The notes under the pieces: model-generated
Told to the model about the DNA's origin: nothing
Databases searched by the model: none
What the model saw: the letters and a program-made list of their open reading frames with translations, nothing else
Position numbers and translations under genes: made by a program
Part shown: one piece after another, positions 54,472 through 64,000 of the stretch
How positions within the stretch are numbered: the first letter of the stretch is position 1
How the letters are laid out: each line of letters starts with the position of its first letter
Assembly (NCBI RefSeq): GCF_009914755.1
Contig: NC_060930.1
Length of the DNA stretch: 64,000 nt
Origin: the human T2T-CHM13v2.0 reference genome, Homo sapiens
Reading direction: 5' to 3' (one strand)

Positions 54472-57400
54472 TTCTCCTCACATTGTTCCTACATGATTTA
54501 CTAGTATGGGTTTTACTCTGAGCAACCCAACTGTGCACTCAACTCCTGCTCAAATTTTGAATAAGGGGCTTGTTCACAATTGAAGCAAGGGGTTCTGACT
54601 TTCCTTTTTATTTCTGGAACACCGGCTAGGTATTGGCCATAGACTAGGATTAGATGACCCCAAGAAATATCTCATTCCTCCAGGAACTATTTTTCACTTT
54701 TCCAGTTTTTACCCGGAAAGTTTACTTGGTTGATTAATTCTGAAGAATTTGCCTATCTGGGCTTACAAAGATAGTATACCCCTCCAAAATAAGTTTCCAA
54801 GTATGAAATGGAAGGAGAGACATAAATAATACTTAATAAGGGCCTAGAACATAGTAGTTCAGTTTTTAAAATCCCTATAACTGTTATTCTTCTAGATTTA
54901 AAAAAGGTGAGGTGTGGTAACTTTCCTGGTAGAGCAGAGATACGAACCCAAGGTTATCTGTCTCCAAAGTCCACACCTACCTAGAGTGGTAATGCCTTCT
55001 CTGGAATTAAATGGGAGAGTTAACCCCGCCATATCCACTCCAAATGCATAAACCTAGACTGTGGATCCAGGTTTGTGGGACTACTGGCCAAGACAAGGGA
55101 CATAGACCCTTCCCCAGCTCCACAGGAAGCCCTGCAAAGACCTTGTTTTTTTTGTACATCTTAATATTCATGTATCCAAACTGGATCTCATTTGGCACTT
55201 GCCCCTCTTTTGCCCAGATTTGTATGACAGTATGATGATGGAGCCCTCTCCAAGGATGTGCGTCAGTTCTCTTCATAGAAAGACAGTCTCCTTCTTTGAT
55301 ACATATCAGGAAAGGTCTGATTACTAATTTATTGTGGATGGTTACAGCCTCAAAGTTAAAAAGAGAGAACTGGATCACTCATTGCAAACAGAAGTTAAAT
55401 CTCCTTGTTCTGCTTGTAAATCTCAAAATTTAAAGAACTTCGGGTAATAGAAAAACTGGACTAAAACTAGACAATGAGGTTCCTAAGATCTAGCCAGTTC
55501 TGAAGAATGGACTCCATGATCCCACTATCTAAGCTGTCACCTTGTAACAAATCAGCCCCGGGCCTTTCCTTCCTACATTGGTATTTTCACACATGGTGCT
55601 AGAGTGTGCAGGATTTCGTCTCTGAGTGACAGAATCAGGCAGCATTCTCAATGACCCCTAACCTTCGTCGTACTGTAGATGATCTAGCTTTGTATCTGCA
55701 CATCTTTGCTCCTCCTTTTATCCTTCTTTTTCTCTTTTCCACCATTATCAGGCCTGCCTCCCTGCCTCTCTCCACTCCCCAGGACCCACCTCCCAATAAC
55801 TACTTAATTCAATGGGTACCCAGTGGCTTTCTTGCTGCTTATAATTCCTGAGGTCTCAAAAGAAAACTTCAGGCACAGCCCTTGGTTTTGCACCTGGTCA
55901 GTAATGCCCAGCCAAATTCTAAGATTCTTGGATTAAACCATGCCCATTGCTCAAGAAACCGAAAGAAGACTGTTCAAACAAACATGGTAAATGTACAAAC
56001 AAATGAGCCTGACCCTATTAAAACATTTTTGGAAAGAAGCAAAAATACAGACACGTAAAAATGCCTAAGTTTTCTCCGTCTACTTCCACACTCACCTTCG
56101 ATCTCTGCAGGATTTTTCCAGTGTTCAGCATCTACCAAAAGAATCAACCAGACCATGAAATGGGCTAGAACAGAGTTGGACAAAGCACTCCTTTTCTTCC
56201 CATGTATTTTCACTATGAGGAAAGGTAAAGAGGCAGCTGGGCTTTATCGCTGTAGAGGCCCTTCACTGCCACCTGACCTCGAGCCCCAAGTCAGGGCCCT
56301 CTCCATGCCCCTAGGGAGACTCTGCAAGGATTCAGAGCCATGCATTTTGCCCTGGGACTCTCAACATTAGCCTGGTCTCTAAGCCTGAGGCTCTTCAGTT
56401 CTTCACAGCATTGTACTGTAGATTCATCCAGAGTCCCAGGTCCCCATGAGAAGGTAATTTTAAGTTTACCCTCTCTTCAGATCCAGAGGTTAACACGACA
56501 AGAAATTCAAAGCTGTTTCCAGGTTGCTGGGTGGATGTGATCAAGATTGTTCTGTAGTCCCTTTGGGCTGGGAGCCTGCGTGATCTTCTAATGCATAGGG
56601 CAAGTCATCAATATTTCCACAGGGAGTCACCTTAGGTATTTTAGGAATTAAACTATTTTCTTCCCAAGATTAGTGTTTAGGAACTGGGTCAGTGAAGCAC
56701 TATCAAATTATGGAAAGCGTTAAATTTGCAGATAGTTTCCACAGTTAATTAAGTTACTTTGTGCCCAGAGATACATGCACTATCTTCCTAAAATCACCAC
56801 TTCAGGGAGGTCATACGATCATGGAAATATGAACTTATCCTTTGCCATAGTTTATTCACTTATCTCCATGGAAATTAAAGGGCAAGGGGGAAAATAAGCT
56901 AATAGGTGTTTCTTACCTACAAGTGTTTGGTCAAGCTCCACCTGCAGGCATTTTTTATTAACCCATCAATGTACTCCCCAAGGAATGGGAATTAAGGGGC
57001 AGAAATATCCAAGCACTTCTGGGAAACTTTAAAAAAATGCATGTGACGTCTGGCAGCGTCTGGTCTCCTCAACTGTATTCAGCCTTGAGGGTGTTGTGGA
57101 TAGACACGCCCTGCTCCATACATTCTCGGTTTCTCTGATAGCTGCAAAAGGTGAATGATTTCCCCGCTGTAAAACAACAGCTAAAATTGATACCGGCATC
57201 AACCACAAATGGAAAAAGCAGTGTTATTTCTGGTTTTAACAGAAGACAATCATGTTATCCTCAGCAAATGGCACATTCATGTGTCAAGGATAGGGGAATA
57301 CAGTCATGAAGAAAAAAAGAAAAAAACCCTGCTCTAGTGGAGCTTCCATTCTAGCTGAGGTAGGGTTTTTTTTTGTTTGTTTGCTTGTTTTTGTTTTGTT

Positions 57401-58313
57401 TTAATCCTATCCAGGTGGTCCACGGCCTGCCATGCCATCTTCCTTCTCAAAGTCCACTTAGGTGGCTGCAAGCAACCTCTCACCTGCCCATTCCCTAAGT
57501 CACTCTAAAAATAGCAAAGGGTTTCCAGCTGAGAATTCACCCACCTCCAACTCACTCTCTTGCCCCCCAACCTTTTCAGGCTCCAAACTTGCAGACAGCA
57601 GCCCACAGGATAGACATAAAAGGTGGGGCAGGTCCTTGCCCCCCTTGCCCCAAATGAAATCAGGGTAAGGAGAGGATCCCCTGCAGCTGGGGAGGGGAGG
57701 AGGTTGGGTAAGAAAGGGGGAAAGTGGGACATGGAGGTGGGGTGAGCCACCTTCCCTGGCGGCGACCAGCATTCCTTGGTGGCAGGACACCTTGGCCCTG
57801 GAGTCTCGAAGAGGCCTCCCTTGGACTCTGTAGCGACCACGGGTCCCACCTCAAGCCTCCTTGGCTTTACCTTCCCCATCAAATAGTCATGTGCCCTCCT
57901 GCCCTGCCCAACCCCAGAGTTCAAGAGAGAAAAACATTCATTACGAACGCCTTTTATCCCTGGCCAAATCCAAGCCTCTTTACCTCGCTATATATATATA
58001 GATATACATATTTGTCTCATCCCACTTCCCTCTCCAGGTCTAGTGAACCATCAACTCCAAGGCTAGAGCTGAGCAGACCCCTCCAGAAAGGCTCATCTCC
58101 CAAAAAGCAGCCATTCTCCACCTGGCTCCCGAGGCGCATACTTAATAAAGTCAGTCTAATCTCCGAACGCGATCCTTCCCCAAATACAAAAATAACAGAG
58201 CTGTGGCTGGGGCTGTCATGTTGCCCGCCCCATTGTGAATGGCTTCAAAACTCCCTGAATAAAGATAAGAGAGGATTGTGTACGCTTTCAACACAAATGG
58301 TGGAAAGTAATAA

Positions 58314-58328
58314 AATAAACATCAAAGG
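58314..58328 (+). promoter_or_regulatory. Overlapping forkhead (ATAAACA) and TCF/LEF (ACATCAAAGG) motif
   Basis: aataaacatcaaagg at the edge of the CpG island; motif match only. Confidence 0.5.
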
Positions 58329-59369
58329 TGAGCTCCCACCTACTAGCGGCTCCGTCGCTTTTTGTGCAACAAAGGCAGGAAAAAGGAGGAAACTCGGCGT
58401 GGCAGGGCAGCGGGCTGGAAGTGCACCTTCCCGGGGCCGAGGCGCCCGCTCCCTGGACTAATGACGCCGCGTGGGGATCACGCCCCGGGCGCCCTGGGGT
58501 GAGGAACGGTCCCCCCTTTCGAGATTGTCCGACACTGGTGCCAGTGAGGTCACAGCAAAAGTCCCAAAGGAATATTGGAAAGAAATGGCCGTGAACCGGT
58601 TGTGTTCTTGCCCCCGCCCCCGGGAACACGCCCTCTCCGTCGTTCCTGTTGACTGTCAGATCCCGGGAACCAAGCGGCGGAGCTCGGCGGCATCTGAGGC
58701 TTCCGCAGGGACACAAGTGCAGGCACAGCCCAGCACCCTGCGCCAGACACAGCCGCCCCAGGGGAAGAGGAGGACGCTGCTGTCCTCCCGCAGGAGTCAC
58801 CAGCCAGGTAAAGAAAAAGGTAAAGTAAGACAAAGAAAAGTGAAAGTCGGAGCCCATTTAGTGAGCAAGAGTAAAGGTCATCCAAAAAGGCGCATACAAT
58901 TTCAAGCCCAGGAGTGCATTCACTAAAACAAGAGGAAAAGACAAGATGGTCCTTGAAAGGAGCTCATAGGAAGGGGCACAGCACAAGGCTCCCGAAAGAG
59001 GTCACTGCAAGTGTCCTGCGCAATTTCTGTTCAGCACCTCTGCAGTGACGACAGGGGTTTGCTTTCGTAAGCAGCATCGTTTTCACTACTACAGAAGCAC
59101 ATACGCCGCGTGCAGCTTAGGCCCGAGCAAAGTCCCTGCTCCCCTAGACCCAGTCCCTTCAGGTGTCCCCCTAGGGGAACTGTGGCGTGTCCCCCCAACC
59201 AGGCGCACTCGCCTAAACTGCGTCCCCGAACTCCAGGGCGCAGGGAGCCCTCGCGGGCTGCCCGGGGCTGGGGCCCACACCTGAACGGAGGAGCCGGCTG
59301 GCGGAGCGGCCCCGCGCGCGCACACACGCACACTCACAGACACGCGCAAACCCACAGCGGCGCGCGCGC

Positions 59370-59615
59370 TCCCCATTGGCGGGAGGAGGAAGGCGGGGCC
59401 GGCCGACCCAAAACAAACAACCTGCGCCAGCGACTTTGCCGCCGCGCTGCAGTGTGGCCTCCGCCTGGTGCGCGCCCGTTGGGGAGCTGGGGAACTGGGG
59501 AGCCGCCACCACCTCGGCCACCTCGTTCCCCCACCCCTTGCCGTCCGCGCTCAGGCCCCGCCCCCGCGGAGCCGCCGCAGGGTTATATTGGGCCGGCCCG
59601 AAGGTGGAGGCGAGA
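59370..59615 (+). promoter_or_regulatory. FOXQ1: FOXQ1 core promoter: reverse CCAAT (59375), GC boxes (59392, 59556), forkhead-like aaacaaaca (59411), TATA-like ttatat (59583); inferred TSS ~59612
   Basis: Motifs seen directly; TSS inferred from ~30-bp spacing after the only TATA-like word in the GC-rich island. Confidence 0.65.
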
Positions 59616-59641
59616 CGCAGCCGCGGCAGGCCAGCGGGGAG

Positions 59642-59725
59642 ATGCTGCCCCGGAGGCTGGGAGCGGGAAGGCGGCTGCGGGCGCAGCGGCCTCGGGGACT
59701 CGCCTCCGCGGGTGCTCAAGGCTGA
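59642..59725 (+). other. Putative uORF1 (27 aa, MLPRRLGAGRRLRAQRPRGLASAGAQG)
   Basis: ATG 59642 with G at -3, stop TGA 59723-59725; depends on TSS upstream of 59642. Confidence 0.4.
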
Positions 59726-59852
59726 AGGCGCCGGACCTTCCCCCACGGTGGCACGCACATCATCCGGCACCATTTCCGTGCCCCGAAGACGCCCGCGCGG
59801 GACCTGGGACCGCCAGTGAAGAACCCCTCCTGGGCTCTTTAACGAGCAGCAG

Positions 59853-59891
59853 ATGCGCATGCTGCTTCTCTCCGGCAGGAAAGCCTTCTAA
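59853..59891 (+). other. Putative uORF2 (12 aa, MRMLLLSGRKAF)
   Basis: ATGs at 59853 and 59859, TAA 59889-59891; same frame as the main CDS. Confidence 0.4.
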
Positions 59892-60218
59892 GCCCGGCGT
59901 GCTCGGGCACCCGAGGGTGGAACCGCGGCCCCTGCACACACTCACCCCAAAGTCTCAACGTCGAACCGAAGGCGACACCCACCCAACTCCTCCCTCTCCG
60001 CCCCATAGTCCACCCAACACTTACAGCCCCTCCAAAGAAAAAGCCCAGCGGAAGAGGACTCCGGAAAAGTGACTATCTCGGAAGACCAGGGTAGAGCTCC
60101 CGGGAGAAAAAGGCGAAGATCCCCGGCCCCGGATCGCCATCCCCTTCCCTGGCACCAGCTTCTCTAGGCTGCGCGAAGGAAGAGGGTACGACGCCGGGGA
60201 GGGACTGGGTGCGCGGGC

Positions 60219-61430
60219 ATGAAGTTGGAGGTGTTCGTCCCTCGCGCGGCCCACGGGGACAAGCAGGGCAGTGACCTGGAGGGCGCGGGCGGCAGCGACG
60301 CGCCGTCCCCGCTGTCGGCGGCGGGAGACGACTCCCTGGGCTCAGATGGGGACTGCGCGGCCAACAGCCCGGCCGCGGGCGGCGGCGCCAGAGATCCGCC
60401 GGGCGACGGCGAACAGAGTGCGGGAGGCGGGCCGGGCGCGGAGGAGGCGATCCCGGCAGCAGCTGCTGCAGCGGTGGTGGCGGAGGGCGCGGAGGCCGGG
60501 GCGGCGGGGCCAGGCGCGGGCGGCGCGGGGAGCGGCGAGGGTGCACGCAGCAAGCCATATACGCGGCGGCCCAAGCCCCCCTACTCGTACATCGCGCTCA
60601 TCGCCATGGCCATCCGCGACTCGGCGGGCGGGCGCTTGACGCTGGCGGAGATCAACGAGTACCTCATGGGCAAGTTCCCCTTTTTCCGCGGCAGCTACAC
60701 GGGCTGGCGCAACTCCGTGCGCCACAACCTTTCGCTCAACGACTGCTTCGTCAAGGTGCTGCGCGACCCCTCGCGGCCCTGGGGCAAGGACAACTACTGG
60801 ATGCTCAACCCCAACAGCGAGTACACCTTCGCCGACGGGGTCTTCCGCCGCCGCCGCAAGCGCCTCAGCCACCGCGCGCCGGTCCCCGCGCCCGGGCTGC
60901 GGCCCGAGGAGGCCCCGGGCCTCCCCGCCGCCCCGCCGCCCGCGCCCGCCGCCCCGGCCTCGCCCCGCATGCGCTCGCCCGCCCGCCAGGAGGAGCGCGC
61001 CAGCCCCGCGGGCAAGTTCTCCAGCTCCTTCGCCATCGACAGCATCCTGCGCAAGCCCTTCCGCAGCCGCCGCCTCAGGGACACGGCCCCCGGGACGACG
61101 CTTCAGTGGGGCGCCGCGCCCTGCCCGCCGCTGCCCGCGTTCCCCGCGCTCCTCCCCGCGGCGCCCTGCAGGGCCCTGCTGCCGCTCTGCGCGTACGGCG
61201 CGGGCGAGCCGGCGCGGCTGGGCGCGCGCGGGGCCGAGGTGCCACCGACCGCGCCGCCGCTCCTGCTTGCACCTCTCCCGGCGGCGGCCCCCGCCAAGCC
61301 ACTCCGAGGCCCGGCGGCCGGCGGCGCGCACCTGTACTGCCCCCTGCGGCTGCCCGCAGCCCTGCAGGCGGCCTCAGTCCGCCGCCCTGGCCCGCACCTG
61401 CCGTACCCGGTGGAGACGCTCCTAGCCTGA
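60219..61430 (+). CDS. FOXQ1: Forkhead box protein Q1 (HFH-1), single exon, 403 aa
   Basis: N-terminus [15 protein letters not shown]; forkhead domain from K119 ([14 protein letters not shown]...[18 protein letters not shown]...GKDNYW); basic RRRRKR; eh1-type FAIDSIL; C-terminus PYPVETLLA. Confidence 0.99.
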   Translation: MKLEVFVPRAAHGDKQGSDLEGAGGSDAPSPLSAAGDDSLGSDGDCAANSPAAGGGARDPPGDGEQSAGGGPGAEEAIPAAAAAAVVAEGAEAGAAGPGAGGAGSGEGARSKPYTRRPKPPYSYIALIAMAIRDSAGGRLTLAEINEYLMGKFPFFRGSYTGWRNSVRHNLSLNDCFVKVLRDPSRPWGKDNYWMLNPNSEYTFADGVFRRRRKRLSHRAPVPAPGLRPEEAPGLPAAPPPAPAAPASPRMRSPARQEERASPAGKFSSSFAIDSILRKPFRSRRLRDTAPGTTLQWGAAPCPPLPAFPALLPAAPCRALLPLCAYGAGEPARLGARGAEVPPTAPPLLLAPLPAAAPAKPLRGPAAGGAHLYCPLRLPAALQAASVRRPGPHLPYPVETLLA

Positions 61431-62270
61431 GTAGCGCCGCGGGGCCCGGGAACGCCGAGTGCGCGCCGTCGGGGAGGCGGGAACGCGGGCCCGCGCGCGG
61501 ACTTTGCACTTTGAATCCAGAGGAAGATGAATTTTTAAAATCTCCATCAAACGTGCCTTAAAGCTAAAGCATTTTGACAGGAGTATTTAAACTTAGTCCA
61601 GGATATTTTCCTTTGTGTTTTATAACTTTACAGAGGACCAAAGCAATTCTTGTTTTAGTTTCTTTGCGAAGCCTGCTCCTCCTTCCCTTCATAAGGACTT
61701 TTTTTGTCTTTCTTTAACGCCCAGGCTTCGTCTTATTTCTACTGTTTTTGTCGCAACTTCCATTGATTTATGTCCCTTCCCTCCCCCCTAAGTACATCAG
61801 GGAACCTTTCCACACTATAAATGATATGACTACTGTTTGGGGTTTCTGGGCCCCCATCCGTGTACGTATGTGGCATTTCCAGGTATGACTGAGTGTGAGA
61901 GACATGTCAGAGGCTCTTCAGTGATTTCTTGCTATTGACCGATGCTTCACTGTGCCAAAAGAGAAAAAAAATGTTGGGTTTTGTAATTAAATTATTTATA
62001 TATTTTTGAAACCCGAATTGAAAATGTTGCAGGCAACGGGCTACAGCTTTATTAGTGGTTCTCTAACTGTGGTCTCCTTGGGCCAAGCAATTTCTTTAAA
62101 GGAAAAGTTGATTATGTATGTGGGGTGCCAGGACCACTGCCTTGAAAGCAAGTGTGATTTTTATTTTTAATATTATTTTATTTGTGTCTGTGTACATATT
62201 CATGTATAAATTTTATGAAACCCAAGCATAGTGCTTATTTTTTAATAAAACAACTGACTTAACACATTGT
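61431..62270 (+). other. FOXQ1: FOXQ1 3'UTR
   Basis: AU-rich sequence between the stop codon and AATAAA, with ARE-like TTATTTATA (61992) and Pumilio-type TGTACATA (62191); cleavage site approximate. Confidence 0.8.
62244..62249 (+). terminator. FOXQ1: Polyadenylation signal AATAAA
   Basis: Canonical hexamer with upstream TGTA words (62191, 62203) and downstream GT-rich sequence. Confidence 0.85.
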
Positions 62271-64000
62271 GATGATGGGTTGGAAGTGGAGAGATTTTGT
62301 CTGTCTGTCCCCCCTCCCAAAAAAATGGGCTCAGGTTTTAGTCTCAAGAAACTTCCTCTGGAGATAAAAATATTTTCCTGAATAATTCGATAAAGGTATT
62401 ATAGAATGGGCTTGCAGATTTCCGTATGAGATGCATTGCTAGACAGATTTCCAGATAGGACTTCCATTCATGGGCTTTTTAAAAGTTGAAAACCAATTAC
62501 TCCTCTAATTAGTCACCTAAGTGCTTCCAGAACAAATGAGAGGGAAGTGTCCCTCTCTCCCCCAAGAATCCTTAGCAGGCAAGTTGAGCTCTTAACAAGC
62601 CTAGAGTCAAACAGATATTTTCAGGTAAATTGGTTCCGATTTGGGGCTCAAAAAGTTGGAGCCCCAATTTTTTTGACAACTTTTTTGTCATAAGACTATC
62701 TTAAAATATCAAAGGTGTCTTCAGGGCAATTTCAAAAGCAATTTAAATGTCATAGTGTTTTTGTCAAAACAAAACCATCCACCTTTTTAGGAATGCAAAA
62801 GTTCAACTGGGTGTGAACCAATGGGTAGTATTTTTTTCACTCTTCCCTCATCTGTAAAGATTTCACTTGAAGCAGTGGCAATGTCTTGCATGTTTCAGTT
62901 GCAGTCTGAAGAGAAAATGCCTCCTGGAGAGAGGGAGAGACAGTTTCCCATATTATAAATGTAACGGAGGATTTTCATCAGTGGGAGTACCAGGGTGAAC
63001 ACCTGTTCTTCAGTAGGTTCCTAGGCAATACAGTTTTAACAATGCATGGATTGCAAAATTTTAGAGAGTAATACAAACTGTGGGAAATGCAGAGACTAGA
63101 AACAGGCCTCATTGCCATGGCTGCCATTCTTGGGTAGATCCCATCTTACCCAGGACAGGAGGATGATTTGAGCTCTACATATAATGAGGTGGGGAAGGAG
63201 GGTGGCGTTTATTTCAGGATGCTCTCTTTTGGCAGGAATGGGAGAGAAACAATCTTCCCTAAATCAGGTTAACAGATGATGAGTCTTGACTGATTTGGAT
63301 GACATCTACTTAGTAATCATAAAGAGTGATAATAATAGGGTTGAATTACGGCAAGAGGTAGACATTTGCACCCACAGGGCCAATAATCCGACCCCAAAAT
63401 AAACCTGAAACAGACCAGCAACTAGGGGCAGGGGACAACAGGTTCCCTGGGTAGAAATGATCAGACCTCAACATGTTGCTTCCCTCTTCAAAACACATGG
63501 AGGAGAGAATGCGGGAGAGCAGGGAGTCAGCCAGCTCTGTCCTTCCCACCTCTGGTTCCAGGGGACCTTGTCTCTCCCACAGTGTGCCTCACCCACAGAG
63601 GCAAAGTGCAGCCTACTTGAACATCTTTTTTGTAAAGCCACTGTTTTCTTGTCTGCACTGATACGTGAAGACAGTCCTGCGAAGGGAGATTTAAAGTCGC
63701 TTCTGATTTATTCGTGTTAACACACAAACAACAAAGTGAAAGACAAAGGTAGTGTTCCAAAAATCCCGGCTGTTCCGCCCTCCCCTCAAAAGAAAAAATA
63801 AATCCTTCCTTGCTAATGAACACCCTGGAGTCTGGTAGGATGCTGTCCCCTCCTAGCTTCTGGTCCCCTTCTTTGTTTCCCCAGGGACTATAAGCGTTTC
63901 TAAAAAATTGTCAGAGTCGCTTGAGTTTTGCACCCCTATTTCATGACCATTTCCAAGCTCAGTATCCCACGACTAGAAGGACATCACACTGGGCGGGCGG

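Larger units (their letters stand above)
58340..61520. promoter_or_regulatory. CpG island covering the FOXQ1 promoter and whole CDS
   Basis: Very high GC and CpG density by inspection, densest 59100-61500, versus CpG-poor flanks. Confidence 0.9.

Noticed and set aside
59110-60072. 320-aa ORF and other long ORFs across the promoter CpG island (also 57724-58461 and 58288-58857)
   Set aside because: Low-complexity Pro/Arg/Gly translations of GC-rich DNA, several with non-ATG starts; no recognisable homology
60342-61331. 329-aa antisense ORF overlapping FOXQ1
   Set aside because: Arg/Gly/Ala-rich shadow frame expected in very GC-rich, stop-poor coding DNA; no recognisable domain

Overview
Human (primate) genomic DNA that I recognise as the FOXQ1 locus (6p25.3, from the protein sequence). 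The only supportable protein-coding gene is the single-exon forkhead factor FOXQ1 (60219-61430, +). It sits in a CpG island with a CCAAT/GC/TATA-like promoter, a probable ~600-nt 5' leader carrying two uORFs and a G-quadruplex motif abutting the start codon, and a 3'UTR dense in miRNA seed matches ending at AATAAA 62244. The ~58 kb upstream is intergenic and rich in repeats: Alu, L1, L2, L3, MIR, MaLR/ERV LTRs, Tigger1/MER44/MER2/MER33 DNA transposons and simple repeats. I see no new gene or enzymatic system. The most unusual structures are: a ~435-bp inverted duplication inserted into a Tigger1 with template-switch junctions; a 7-copy 43-bp VNTR made of the Tigger1 terminal inverted repeat plus TA plus host flank; fold-back scars inside two L1s, one a perfect 48-bp inverted repeat; and a nested 44-bp repeat carrying five CACCTG E-boxes. 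Repeat family names come from my recollection of consensus sequences, not a database search, and boundaries are approximate.
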